DNA of 61,548 bases, counting the filler, from Sluysia triapertura (lineage: Eukaryota), in NCBI GenBank assembly GCA_046118255.1. It is 5 parts of 5 records of this genome, joined end to end, with 100 filler letters (N's around TTAATTAATTAA, not from the genome) between each part and the next. Parts side by side here need not be neighbours in the genome. Positions count along the whole stretch, not along the records: positions 1 to 15,008 come from JBJNIA010241992.1; positions 15,109 to 26,716 come from JBJNIA010182846.1; 3 more parts are not named here. The stretch is one strand, 5' to 3'. Positions 11,561-25,899 of the stretch are shown one piece after another. The position numbers were made by a program, and so were the translations under genes. Every line of letters starts with the position of its first letter. Position 1 is the first letter of the stretch. The notes under the pieces were generated by a model that saw nothing but the letters and a program-made list of their open reading frames with translations, was not told the DNA's origin and did no database searches.

Positions 11561-12879
11561 ATTATTATTAAACCAAGATTTATCAAGCAGGTTTAGCAGG
11601 AATCGAATGGAAATCTCCTTGACAAATTCGTAAAAATTTACAAAAATTTGTTTTCATAAAACTGTGTCGAAAAACTGTGAGTTGCTAGGTAAATCTTGCA
11701 ACTATTTATAGTCGACTTAGCTGGCCTTGGCCAGATTAAAACAAATTATTTTAATTTTTATTCAATAAAACGAAATTTTAAAATATTAATTTTAAAAATA
11801 TTAAATTTTACATTTAATTAAAAATCACTTACGCAAATAATTCAATTAAAAATCCAAGGTTTTATGATATTATTCCAAATAATTTAATTAATTAAAATAT
11901 CGATTAAAAATCAATAAAAATAAATTACAAACATGAAATTAATAATACGAATTAATTAAAAAGCAATAAATCACTAATGTACAATATTAATCATAGAGTC
12001 ATAGTTCATCTATTTTCGAATACATACAAATAAAGTTTATCATTATCATATTTACAATAAATTAAAAATTATTAAAGAGATTTTAAAATTATTTTATGTA
12101 AATAATTTATTTTATTATAACTATCAACTTATAATAATGAGTAGCAAAAATCGAAACATTTTTATTGCAATGTGCAAATATCTGATTGGCCAAGAATCAT
12201 AATTTTATTCTCATTAATTGAATTTTACGTGCCATTTTGAAAAATTTAAATTACAAAATTAGTAATTTTAAAAAATTTTTAAGGTTGTTTTACTCGTAAA
12301 AGTAAAATATTCAAATAGACTTAAAATCTTTGCATGAAAACTTTATAATGTGATTTAATTATATTTAAAATCAAAAAGTTCTGAATTAAGTATTAAATTA
12401 AATTAATTAATTAAATTAAATTAAGGTGTTAATTCTATATCATACACGATTGTTCTCTATATCTTAACTGTATCTTGATTGTATTGTACTAGCTGTATTA
12501 TACCAATATTAATGTGATGTAATATTTAAAGAACAATTATAAAAGTCATAACTTGTTATTGTGAACTGATTGTTGCAAGTTAAGTTAAAAATTATTAATT
12601 ATATAAGTGTTGGGATTAGTGAAAGACAAAGGTAGATATAAAGGTTCAAGATTCAGGATAACAGATAAGGTAAATGATATTGAGGAATTGAGATAGGGGA
12701 TTATGATGAATTGTAACGATATAGTCGATAAGATATAATGATATGAGATGTTCGAATCGAGATAAGGTAATGAAAGATACAAAGAAATAACCTTTTATAA
12801 GGTTTTGTTTGCTGAAGTGTTAAAGTACATTTGTTAATTAACTTAATTAAAAATTATTTAATTTGATAACTTAATAAAA

Positions 12880-13160
12880 AAATTGCATCATTTAAATGTA
12901 GTGAAAAGATCATAATATCTTCATTCATAGTGGGGATTCTTGCATATCTGTGCTCCTAATGGTATTAAAAATCATCGGTGCTATAATAGACATATAGTTT
13001 GTGGATGTAGCCACTTTATATGGATCATACATTGTTTCAATTGATTTAACATCAATTTTGTTCATATTGTCTTCAATGAATAACTTAATTTCATCCTCTA
13101 AACGTAATAAAAAGATTATAATATCGCTATTTATAGTTGATTCAGATAGAGTCTGTAATC
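12880..13160 (-). pseudogene. Disrupted ORF with an internal peptide repeat
   Basis: One frame reads STINSDIIIFLLRLEDE...DDF*YH*EHRYARIPTMNEDIMIFSLHLNDA: two similar units with two stops between them. Confidence 0.35.
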
Positions 13161-13412
13161 ATAGCAAATTTATATACTTTATTTTTATTAATCATGACTT
13201 TAAATTTCATTTGCTTTATATGAAACGTATTTGAAATAAAATAACGGCATAAAATATGTAATTAATAATTGCGGTAAATAAAATTGAGCTTCAATATCTG
13301 ATTAAAAATTGTCGCAGATACTAATTTGGCAGCAAATAAATATAGAAATAATTAGCAACGCATTAAGTTTCCATATTTTAAATATAAAAGGATTTTATTA
13401 AGATAAATATTG

Positions 13413-13457
<45 letters not shown>

Positions 13458-13547
13458 TCATGTGCATTCTTAACACAAATATTTTCATTCGGTGACATAA
13501 TAGCTAAATCATCGACTACATTTTCTCTGTAGGCTTAACTGTAATTG

Positions 13548-13850
13548 CTAATACTCGAAATTGTAATATCTGAGGGTATTGTTGATTGTAAAATACAATA
13601 GCAACAACGGTAACTTATTTATAGATTTTGCTGACTTTGTTTTGAGCAAAAAGTATACATTATTACAGCACACTCTGCCATGACTATTAAGTAGGCACTT
13701 AGAACATGAATCATAATAATTTAAAGATCCTTGTTTGGATATAAATGATGAAATTATATGAGACATACACCGGACTGAATTTGATGATGGCCAGATTTTA
13801 ATTTTATAATTTTTTTTGATAGATATGTAGTGACCAACTGTTATAACCAT
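13548..13850 (-). CDS. 100-aa Cys-containing ORF, unknown function
   Basis: ATG-started ORF with coding-like composition (YYDSCSKC...CC); no family recognised. Confidence 0.3.
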   Translation of the reverse strand: MVITVGHYISIKKNYKIKIWPSSNSVRCMSHIISSFISKQGSLNYYDSCSKCLLNSHGRVCCNNVYFLLKTKSAKSINKLPLLLLYFTINNTLRYYNFEY

Positions 13851-14931
13851 TAAAATTTTATTGAAAATTACCTCTTTTTTATTTCTTTCTTTTCATTTTA
13901 CTACACCTCAACAGTTACACATTCATTTATTACATATTCTTTAAAATCAAATTATATTCGCAATTCCACAACATCTAAATCACAATTATATTCAACATTA
14001 CCAATTTACATTAACTAATTCACCAGAAACATTACTTTACATTCACAATAATCCAACAACAAAACAATTCGAAATAATCCAACGAATACTTTCGAACTCT
14101 TTATTTTACACTATACTGTAACAATTAATACTTAACATTTAATAATAGTCCATTTTCTTAAACCAAATCACAATAACAAACTTACAACATATAAACCACA
14201 ATTACATTTAATACCACTCCACAACACCAATAAATCTACTCGAAACGCATAAAATACCCACCTCACACCTTCGAATCAATTCTAACATTTCAAATGCACT
14301 ATTCATCTATACATAATCAACATCAACACAGAACTACAACACTAAAATCACCAAACAAAATAATTACACAAAACACAGTATAACATCTTAAATATACAAA
14401 GAGTTGTATTGCAATTATTCTTAGATTCATTAAATTACAATCTTCTCAGTAAACCTTTTTATCCGTGATATTTCAGTGCTTAAACCTCATTTTTAATTTT
14501 AAAACTCAATTAATATTTAAGAACTTATTCTAACATTCTCTATCTCAGTTTCGACTCAAATGAATTATTATATCTTCAAAGGTGAATTATGCCTATCAAT
14601 TCTTTCGAAAGAATTCTATTCAGAAAATATAATACATTTTTAGAGAATTCAATTTTTTATAACGAAGCAGCAAAGATAACTCGGGCATAGTGTACTCTGT
14701 TATCCTTGCTCTTACCGTATCAGCAATTTTTATTTCATTTTTTATTTGTTGAGAAAAATAAATATTAAAGAATAGTAAGTTCATGTTAAATATCTAAAAG
14801 AGGATTTATGCGAACTTTATTATTTTTATTTTTATTTTTATTTCTAATAATAATAACAATATTGTTATTGTTATTATTATTATCAAGTATTAAAATAATT
14901 TTTATTAAACTTTATAAATGACAAAAACAAC

Positions 14932-15008
14932 TGTGGTGGCCCAGCCTACACCTACTTATACATCACATCAATCATAACATTCATCTACACAAATCTCATG
15001 GCAAAAAT
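14932..15008 (+). mobile_element. TGTGGTG-family repeat 5' end running into the gap
   Basis: tgtggtggcccagcctacacctacttatacatcacatcaatcat matches the reverse complement of 50062-50020. Confidence 0.6.
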
Positions 15009-15108
15009 NNNNNNNNNNNNNNNNNNNNNNNNNNNNNNNNNNNNNNNNNNNNTTAATTAATTAANNNNNNNNNNNNNNNNNNNNNNNNNNNNNNNNNNNN
15101 NNNNNNNN
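15009..15108. other. Assembly gap with TTAATTAATTAA linker
   Basis: 44 N + TTAATTAATTAA + 44 N; identical structure at all four gaps. Confidence 0.97.
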
Positions 15109-15189
15109 AGTAATACGTCTCCAAGTTTGGTATAAAGCGTATATACTAAGCGAACTGACCCTACAGACAATTTGTTAGGAATAAGGAAA

Positions 15190-16334
15190 AAACTAACAAT
15201 TTTGTTAATAATCGCTACTTCTAATTTTTCCTTAGCGTAAGTTTCTTTTCATCATCATCTTTGCTGTCATTCTCGTTCTCTATACCTTTACGATTTCTTC
15301 TGAATGACTACAAGTATCCGGATAAAATTTTTCAATGAAATTTACTAAAAAATTGATTAAATTCCTATCTTTTTCATTTTTGTAATTATTATAATTGTGT
15401 AGATATCTTCTATTTCAGTGTGCCTTTCTTCTAGCCGATTCTTTAAAGCAATATATAATTCATACGATAGTTGTGTATGTTGTTCCTTTAGTGATTGTAA
15501 CATAAAATTAATTGTCGCATTAGCTGTCAATAGATTACATCTCTACGCCATAATACCTCCACAGATAGTTTCGCGGAAAGTAAAGCAGAAACAGCCCTAG
15601 ATATTAAGTCAAATTCACCTTCGGAAAAATCAATAATTGTTTGTTTAATTGGATTTTTTAGTCTCAAAAACGGTTCCATCATTATAAGTACACTATTCCA
15701 ACGTGTTTTAGAATCTAATGACAACATATACTCTGTTCTATTTTCTGTAAGTACGTATTTCTGTAGCGTTGCATTTTTAGTGGGGTAACGTTTAAATATT
15801 TTGACGATTTTTTGAATTTTATCAATTACCTCTTGCAAATCTTGATTACATGACAATTCTTCTCCATAGGAAATTTCTGGTACAAAACTAAAATTATCAA
15901 AATCTCATTCACTTTCTTCAAAGTCAGAATTCGAGATTTCTATGTACAGAATATTTACGTTATTATTTTTCGTGTTTTTTCGATATAATATATCAAACAC
16001 TGCAAGTTGGATCCCGTAAGAATAACACAATTGTTGATCTGCTTCAATCAACTTTCCAACCTTTTTCATAACCGTTGCTCCATCCGCAGTTATGGAAACG
16101 AAGTCTTCATTCAAAGATAATCCATGGTGTGCTAGTTTGGACATGAGAACTTCAATACAGCTTTCGGTTGGCATACTTCCTGAAACATTCATACGATATT
16201 TCTTCATTTTTGATCACGCGAAATGTTTTATACAATTTAATTAAATCTCCTTCAAAATTTTCTGCTAATATCGAAAAACCGGTATTTTGAAGCTGCGAAT
16301 CGAAAGATCCGGCATCCCGGGATTGGAAACCCTA
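15190..16334 (-). mobile_element. Defective hAT-superfamily DNA transposon
   Basis: Transposase motifs SITADGATVMKK, CYSYGIQLAVFDIL and LSLDSKTRWNSVLIMMEPFLRLK, with stops and frameshifts. GC-rich terminus TAGGGTTTCCAATCCCGGGATGCCGG at 16334. BED finger, C-terminal dimerisation domain and second TIR not seen. Confidence 0.88.
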
Positions 16335-17252
16335 ATCACAACATATTAATTTATCATTATATATAATTAATTTTTAGTCCAAAATAAATTACAGTAGAAC
16401 GATTTGTCAATATACATAGTATTAATTTTTAGTCCGAGTGGATATTAATTTTGATTTACGTAGTTTAGTTTTTGTATTAATCAATGATTATTATTAAATT
16501 TTAATTTATCATTATTTTTATTCAATCTCAATGTAAGATAATTTTAGTCGACCATAATGCTTTTACATTTTAATATTACATTACTTTTAATTGTCATGCC
16601 TTAATTTAAAATGATTTTATTTATTTAATCAGTTATATGATAGTAGAGTTTAATGTTTGTAAATTTTGATTTCATATTATTTCTATACAATTTCAATTTA
16701 AAATGGTTATTATTTTATTATTAATACTCAGTTTTATATTAAATGGTTATCAATTAATATTATATTAATATGTTATTGAACATTATGTTATAACTTATCA
16801 TATGAATTAATTTAAAAAGAAAGAATGTCTTACTAATTTCTATGCTGCAAAATAGAGAAATAAAGTCTGATAGATTAAGTTGACAATTCAAATTAATAAA
16901 TCAAGCATCAACATCTCGAACAATCGAAACGAGTATAAAACTTGCCATATTTAATATATTATAAAGAATAACAAAAAATAATTCGTATTACCCTTTTAAG
17001 CATAGATATAAAACAATGAAAGAATATACATTAAAAGCTCTCGAATTTGATAATCTTATAAGAATAAGAGTCGAAGATTAAAATAAAACTAATACATGAG
17101 ACTGGTATAATCAATAAATCTAAAAGAGATTGTAAGTAAAAATTAAAGATTCGAATCCCAAAAATATAGTAGATTAGCAAGAAACATTAAAGTAAGATTT
17201 CAAGTTCATACGCTAAAAGCATTTGCATTAAACTCGTAAATTTTTAAATTTT

Positions 17253-17257
<5 letters not shown>

Positions 17258-17313
<56 letters not shown>
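17258..17313. repeat. (AAT)n microsatellite
   Basis: Perfect AAT run. Confidence 0.95.
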
Positions 17314-17314
<1 letters not shown>

Positions 17315-18916
17315 CGCGACAATGATAATGATAATAAATTATATTTTAGACATTTTATTTTGTCTTTAAATATATAAATATGACTAACGCAATGCAATGC
17401 ACTGAAAATAAGTTTGAAAATAAGCTATCAAATGTTTGCTTGATATGTTATAAGTTTGAAAATAAGTCATAAAAATGTTTGATATATATCCGAACTCAAA
17501 ATATGAATGAGTATTGATTGAAGAATTAAAGATCGAGAGGTTAAAGTAAAAAGTGAAGCACTATCGAGTTATTGGAAATATGTTATGAATAACTGAAAAT
17601 ATTAAATAAAAAATTAATGAATATATTTATATTAAAAGGAATGTAATGTTACGAAATTTATCGAATGCAAATATTAAATTTGATGCATGCAATGTAAATA
17701 CCAAGCCATATAAGAATTTACTTATGAATGTATAGTATGCTCGTACGAAAAATTATTAAAATACGTAATAAAATTCATAGAATGTAATTATAAATTTTGT
17801 AATGTTATAATATTTTATATTTATGATTACATTTAGTAATATATTATATTGTAATTACAAATTTCATTATGATTATATATTTATGAATTTTTATGTATTA
17901 TAACTGCAACTAGAAATTTTAGTATGATTTTATGAATTTACTATGTGATAAAGTTATGCACGTAAATTTTTAATAAATACCAGTGATATAAAGTTTGATC
18001 AACACTTAGTCGGATAATATAAATAGCAAATAATAGGAATAAAAATCTCAGAGACAAATATAATAAAAAGCTATCTCTTACAAGTCCAAAAAAGTGTATC
18101 ACAATCAAACAATTTTTTACCACATAATTCCAAGAATAATTTATTATCGAATAATTCTGTGTCAGTCGATTCGACGCCTGACAATTCCAGACTTATCAAA
18201 TTCGCATCAAGGGATAAAATTTATTCAAAAAGTATAAGCAAATAAAATAAAAGATTTTATAAAATTAAAGATTTTTTTAATTATTGAAGTTTAATTATTA
18301 ACTTTATTTAGCGCAAAGTTTGCCTGTAAATATTGTGAATAAATACGATCAGATTAGTTTGTTTTTATAATTTAATGTGAATTTTTATGAAAATTTTTTT
18401 AGACAAATATCAAACGTATATTAACTTGTGTACATTATTAATATATATTGGTCCATTCTTTAACCAGTTAACGTTTTTAATAAACGAGGCATCGAAACGT
18501 AAGGTTTGTTTAGAGAGCAAAATGTAAACAGCCAAATTCATAACTTACATTATACGATTAAGTATTTCCATCTCACATAGCGGAGACGAGTATTGAACTC
18601 ATTTTTAAGGTAAAAGTTAATATATCAAAATCTAGAACAATGTAAAGAGAAAAGATTAAAAATTCATAAACGTGATCATACTAAGCATACAATTTTAGAA
18701 AGAGTTAAAAACTAAATGATAAGTGGGACTGATAAAACCATAACATATTTAATCATTATCTAAATTAATATGGAGAAATCAACGCTCATTACTATTTGTG
18801 TCTGTCGTCGTTAAAATCTAATTGTTGGTGAATGAGAAAGGGTGAAGGCGTGGAACATATGTTAAGATCTAAAGACAAAACTAAAGTCCTATTATATTAA
18901 AAATACTAAATTGTAA

Positions 18917-18918
<2 letters not shown>

Positions 18919-18965
<47 letters not shown>
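18919..18965. repeat. (AAT)n microsatellite
   Basis: Perfect AAT run. Confidence 0.95.
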
Positions 18966-21900
18966 TTTTCAAAGGCTAAATAGCCCTAATTGTGTTATCA
19001 ATAATGAGAACTTTTTACTCAGTAAGCCAATAAACAGTTCATCCGTACTCACGCAGTATACATTCTAATAAAGAATACGTGTGTACTTAATTTCAGCAAA
19101 TTCAAAATACATAAGTACTAAATTGTTTCAATATAAAAAGCGCTGCAACATGCAAAGAAATATACAATATTGTAATATTTTAAATTGTTAAAAAGATAAT
19201 TAGTACAAAAATAATATATTCATCAAAAATAATATATTCGGTTAATCACTTCAATTTTTAATTTCGTTGATCATCTATAAAGACGATTTCAATTTACAGT
19301 TTGGCTAACCAAAAACAATTGATTTATTGTAAAACATTTTTTGAATTAAAATGTTACTTTTGATTATTTAGGTTTTCTCTACACTTAAAACAGATTTAAA
19401 ATCCTACTCAAATTACCTTTATAAAATTTGACAAGACTTTTAAGGTCAATAAAATCTATTTAAATTTCGAATTTCCCATATATAACTTTGGTATTTATCT
19501 TCTCAAATATTAAAACTACACGAACTATTTCAATCCTTTTTAATAGGATTCAAAATATAAAAAGTTATATTATATAGCTTTGACTTTATAAAATACGTTG
19601 CATTTATAAAGTTTTTTCACGTCGGTTTAAATATGACGAGAATCTTATTTTCGTACTTGTTCAAAAAAGGACTCAAATATATCATTTAACTTAAACTACC
19701 TGAGGATATAAAATAAATCTTAAGGAGTTAATAAAAACTCAAATAGAATTAACATAATAAACGTAATACTGGCAAAGTTATAAGATTATAGCATTTCTTG
19801 TGTTAGAGTCCTACAAATTAAAAATCTTTCTTTTAATCATTCTATCTCACTTAAGTATTTTATATTTAAAAATCCTGTGAACGAGCCCTTAATTGTGTAA
19901 GACTCGGATCACAGGCTAACTCAATAAGCTAATTAAAAATAATTGTGATAATGCAGGCTTTCATTAGGAAACCACATCAAATACAAAATGATGGATAAAA
20001 TATTGTTAGAATGAGAATAATGAAGATGGTAACATCTGGGATTATTTTGAGAATTGAAGAATCACTTGGAGTTCAAAAGACCTTTGCGGCACATTGACAC
20101 CCTTGAGAAAGGTTCGGACAACATTTTGAAACGTTGAAGTACCACTAAATCTGAGATCATTTGAGACCTCATAAACCTTTATGAACAACCTTGTGGAATG
20201 TTGAAATCTTTATGATATTTCATAAATAGAATCATTGTTTAAAATAAATTTAATACATTAATAATTAACTTAAAGAAATAGATGAAGGAATCTGAGTGGT
20301 GAAGGTAAAGGCATCTAGATTCATATAAATGAATTATAAAATACAAAATCACTTTAGAACCTTAACAATACCTTTAAACATAAAGCAAGATTAAATCTAA
20401 AAATAGATTAATTAATTAAAATATTAATTAAGTAAAAAGCGTTTTTTCGAATAATGAGGTATTTCTTTTAAAAAGACCTTTGAAATAGACCTTTGTATTT
20501 GTTTGACCAAATTCATGCAAGGAAAACCATAATTTTGAGCAAAGTCTAATTTTAATTAATGCTTAATTTTGGAATGTTGAATTTTTCGAACTTAGAATGA
20601 TGAAGCAATCAATAATTGAATGAGTTTATTGTTATGAAAGATGAAACCTAGAAGTGAATTTGTAATGTTTGTGGGCGGTTTTTTTGATAATAAGAACCTT
20701 AAACATTTTTCTCTAGAAAAACCGAAAATCAATTGAATTCTAAAAATTAAATTCATTTTTATGTATATTAACAATACTGGCGATTGTTATTTTAATGTCA
20801 GAAGTAATTTAAGTAATATAAGATAAGTAGAGTAGAAGAAAATAATAGTTGATCATTAATCAAATTTTGTGTTCTGTACCTAATAGTCTAACAGGCCGTA
20901 CCATGTATATGTCAAAATTAATATTATCGGCTTAATTCTTAAAATGTCCCGATTATTTCTGTGAGTGTTTGATTACACAACTCAATAATTGTTGGATAAG
21001 TATTAAAGGGAATCCTTAAAAATTTTACAACTGAATAAAGTGCATCAAAATCCAAAAACTAACATGCAAAAAAATCCATGAATTAGTAATACAACAATTC
21101 TTATTTTTATTATTAACTATTTATTTTCGAAGCAACACTTTGATTTTTGTTATTTGGGTATCCCCGCTTAAAGTATAATTTTTGTAAATTATCTAATTAT
21201 TATTATAAATTAAAATTTATTTTTATTTTTAATATTGATTTTTGGGAAAACCCTTTTCCGAATTATTTTGTAAATTGCCTAATTAATATTTATTTTTAGT
21301 TGCTTAAAACCTGATTTTTGGGAGCCACTGCACAAATTAATTCAGAATAAGATATAATTTTTCGTAATTTGTTCAATAATGATTAGTATCATTTTGGAGT
21401 TAGTCATCTTTTATTTCAGGTGATTTTGGGTTTGCAATATTATAGCTGTAAACCAATCTATTTTAATATTTGAATTCTCGTTTGATTACTAGTGTAACGA
21501 TAAATTATTTGTCTATGATTATTCAGTTGTAATTATATAATTGTTTGATCTGTATTTTAATTTTTTGTTGGTCATAATATTGTAAAAAAATTTTTAGTTT
21601 TGACTGTGTAAGTTGATATTTATTATCTTGAAAAATATAATAGTATTATTTTGATATTTGGTATTTGTCATTTGGGATATAATTAAAAAATTCGAGACAA
21701 ATAACAGAAGTTTAACGTAAAATTAATAAGAGTTTTGAATTTAACTTAAGTAAAGAAATAAATTTTGTTAGAAAAAAATGTAATAATGATAATAAATGAA
21801 ATGAATAATAAATTTTTGAAGAATAAAAATGCGATAAATAAATATTATTGAATATTTTAAATAAAGGAAAATATTGATATTACACACAATAAGAAATAAA

Positions 21901-24170
21901 ACCAGTGCTAGAAAATGACGTACAATGACCATCCAATTTTGGTTTGCTATCAAACACCTCGAAAAGGAACTCGTGAATAAAGATGTAAAGTAGACAGAAC
22001 AAATTGAATTTGGTGGCGCAATATTCTGACTGGGTTACGGTCACAAACATATTTTTCAAATATACACTATTCGTAAATTTGTTTTTATAAGATTTCTTTT
22101 GTTAACATTGGCATAAAATCTTCGTTAAAATCTCAAATAATTTTATGGTGGCTATAAAATTATCAGTAAATCATCTTTATTTACATTAAGACGAAATCCT
22201 TAATACAATAATTTTTGAATAATTTAAACATGTGTTTTATTGATTTAATGTTTATTATTATTAAATTTTTTTAAGTTTTATATATTTAATTATTTTGTAC
22301 AATATATGTTTTGATGTTTATTTATTGCTTGTGAATTAAATTATAAAATTAAAATTTGGCGTAACGTCAAAGTTACCGCTTATATATCGATTGAATAAAG
22401 TTAGAAATTAACTCAAATTGATATTATAAACTTAGAAAATTTAAGGAATCATAAACCTCGAAAATGACGCTAGGTGCGTAAATAAGTTAGGCTAAGGAGA
22501 AGTGGCAGAAGTAGAGACGAAAGTGATGCTGCAACAAATCTGTTATTAAAAAAGAAAGTTAGAGCGTGTCACTCGTGAAACCAAAAATGTATTATTTTTA
22601 AGACGTTACAGATTCATTTATTGTAGGATGTAGCGCCAACTTTTCAAAATTATATAGAGTTACAAAATTAATTCAACTCAAGTATTTGTGTTAGAATAAA
22701 TTTGAATCGAAGAAATGAAATATAAAATTTTGAAATAACTTATTTCAGAAATTATAAACTAAAGAGAACCTTGTGCTCAAAAATGACTGGTAATAAAACC
22801 GTTCAAGAACTGATACTGAACGCCATCTCATGGTAATAATACTAAATGAACTAAATTGTGGTACCTTTAACTTAATAAATAATTTAACATCAAATTCATG
22901 TAAACAAATTAGTAAAATTAATTCTAGAAATTTAGAATGTGACTTATTACCACAAAATCTGTACCCGGTTTTTTTAATTGACAAATCTTACAAGGGTATC
23001 TAACTATTAGCCACTTACTATAGTTGAAGATGTAAATTTTTTAACTTCGTTTTGATTAGATTTCGCTCATTAAAAAGTATACACAATGATAAATATCGGA
23101 TTATGTGAAGAACCGACTTAAGTACCAAATATAAAAGGATACAATAATAAAAAATACAATAAAGTTGCGCTTCTTGTTAGAAACCCTTGGATCAGTCCCA
23201 TTTATAGCATTTATATTTAATCGAATATTTGTATGACACATTGTAAAAATAAATTTAAGTAAAATGACATTTTAATTGGAAAGTATCATTTGTGCCATCG
23301 AAAATCACATGAAGTAAAGGTAACTTTCAACAAATATTCTTATTTTATATTGAAATTACATAGACATAAATGCTTAATAATGCGAATCGCAATAAGGGTT
23401 TCATCAAATATCATTAATGTACTATCTAAAAATTACTCCTAATTTTCTAATAAAATTAGCAACAATTTTGAAATGACCATGTTCAATATTTTAATCTAGA
23501 AATATCATTAATATCTAACCATGTCTCCCATCACGTACCACCAAATCATAACAGCACAAATTATTATGGAAACTGAAAAAAATAAATTAATTAAACTTTA
23601 TCTTACTTAAAACATTAATAGTTAATAAATAATAAATGTTATCAATTCTACTAGCTTGTATCAGTGTAATTATGACTGTAGTCTACGAAAACAAAATTAT
23701 TAATAAATTTTAATTAACCAGAATCGTAATTGTAGTTACAAAACCAAAAACATTCATAATAGGTGTCTGTTAATTTATTCATTTAACTAAAGCATTATTC
23801 TTACAACGTAACGATAAGGCGAGTGATACAAAGTATCTTCTTCATTGGTAAGATCTGATTCGTAGTTCATTATTTCATATAATTCCGGAGCAAAATTATT
23901 TTTAAAATTAATCACATGATAAATAAAATAAAATTATTTAAGTATGTCACGTGCAAGATTTTGTTTTAAAAGGCATTCTAATTTTTTTATATTTTAACTT
24001 CTTATTTTTACAAAATTATAATTGTGTACTATAAATATTATATTATGTTATGTGATGATTTAAATTTCAAAATTTTATAATATTCATTAATATAAAAAAA
24101 TAATTTGCTTTAATTTTAAGTTTTGTTTGTTTGATGTGGACAACTATATTTAAAAAGCGCTTCTAATAAG

Positions 24171-24841
24171 ATGTTAGATAATCATCACAAGATAACAGTT
24201 AGTATAGGACCATCTATATTAAATTCAGATTTGTCACAATTAAATGCAGAATGCCAAAATCTTATGGATGCTGGAGCAGATTATTTGCATTTAGATGTAA
24301 TGGATGGTCATTTTGTTCCAAATATTACAATAGGTCATCCTGTAGTAGAGTGTTTGAGACCAAAATTACCAAAAGCATTTTTTGATTTACATATGATGGT
24401 TCAAAATCCAGAAAAAGTTTTAATTTAATATAATTTTTTTATTGTTAGTGGGTCGATCCTATTCAAAAAGCTGGTGGTAATTTATATACTTTCCATCTCG
24501 AAGCTACTAATGATCCAAATGAATGCATTCGAAAAATAAGAGAATCTGGAATGAAAGTTTGTTAATTTTTAATTAAACTATTTTATAGGTTGGTTTAGCT
24601 ATAAAACCAGGTACTGCAGTAGAAAAAGTTTTTCCTTTCGTAAATGAAATTGATGTATTACTTGTAATGACTGTTGAACCTGGTTTTGGTGGTCAATCAT
24701 TCATTAAAGAAATGATGCCAAAAGTATAGTTTTTTCATTTTTAAATGTATTTAGGTAAAAATATTAAGAACTAAATATAAAAACTTAAACATCGAAGTTG
24801 ATGGTGGAGTTAATTTAGAAACAATACGATATTGTTTTGAG
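24171..24841 (+). CDS. RPE: Ribulose-phosphate 3-epimerase, exons 1-4 (24171-24416, 24449-24556, 24589-24723, 24755-24841); last exon not found
   Basis: [64 protein letters not shown]. Three phase-0 GT-AG introns of 32, 32 and 31 nt; donor gtcagt at 24842. Confidence 0.96.
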
Positions 24842-25899
24842 GTCAGTATTAATATAATATTTGAAAACTTACTGAAAATTCACATTCATTTGAACATTAT
24901 TTTAGAATTACGTTTAAATTGTTTATTATTATTGTCTGATTGAAATTTTCGTTATGCTGGTTATGATGGGTTAATAGTGAAATAGTGATCTTGTGATAAG
25001 AAGATATTTCATAAGTATAAGTTATGCGTGAGAGAAATGTTGAAACTTCATAAATAGAAAATATAACAATCAGATTTAGTGAAATGATAAGATAGTTATG
25101 TACCATAGGAATATGTGGAGAAATCGACAAAAACATAGTTGTTTATAAGTGGTTATTTGAATATCAATAAGCTTATTACGCATATCAAGTAAGATATTCT
25201 ACTTATACGTATCATAACAGTTAGTGAACGTTTATAAAATTAATAAATTAGTAATGATTTCATCAAGTTGGTGTCTTATGATATCGAGTGGGACTTAATG
25301 AATTTCGATAATAATTGTGCTCAAGCTCAATGTTAACGAAATACAGTTACATAATCTCACACGTTATTTTTTCGTTACACAATTCCGTTATTTTTTTGAG
25401 TTTTTATTGTCATTATTGACATAAAAGATGATGATTTTTGATAAAATTAATGAACAAGATGTGAACTAAAATGATTTTTGTTTAGTTACAAAGTGAATAA
25501 TTACTAACACGAAATTTTTGTAACATTAGAGGTAAAATTGAAGTTCTTCCTCTATTAATTGTTTCAAATCCTACTGTACCATATCTTGAAGTATTTATGA
25601 AAAGGTTAAGGTTGTTTCTATTTGAAAAGTATTGAATTGAATAATTAATGTTAAGCGCTTTCAAGAAAATTTTAATAAATCTACTTAGCAAAATGGTTAA
25701 CGTATGGAGGAGAGTTCGGCTAATTAGAGACGATCTATATCACTAGCTGACGACGGTCTAATTAGACTTTAAGGCAAAAAGAAGTAGCAATTACTTATAG
25801 GTAAAACAATTGGCCTCTTTTGAAGTTTAATATTAAACGTATTAGTAGCGTGAAATTATCTTTTTCGTTTATAACCTATTTTGCAATCTAATTTAATGG

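Noticed and set aside
15053-15064. TTAATTAATTAA palindrome recurring at four sites
   Set aside because: Always centred in 44+44 Ns; an artificial scaffolding linker with stops in all six frames, not biology.
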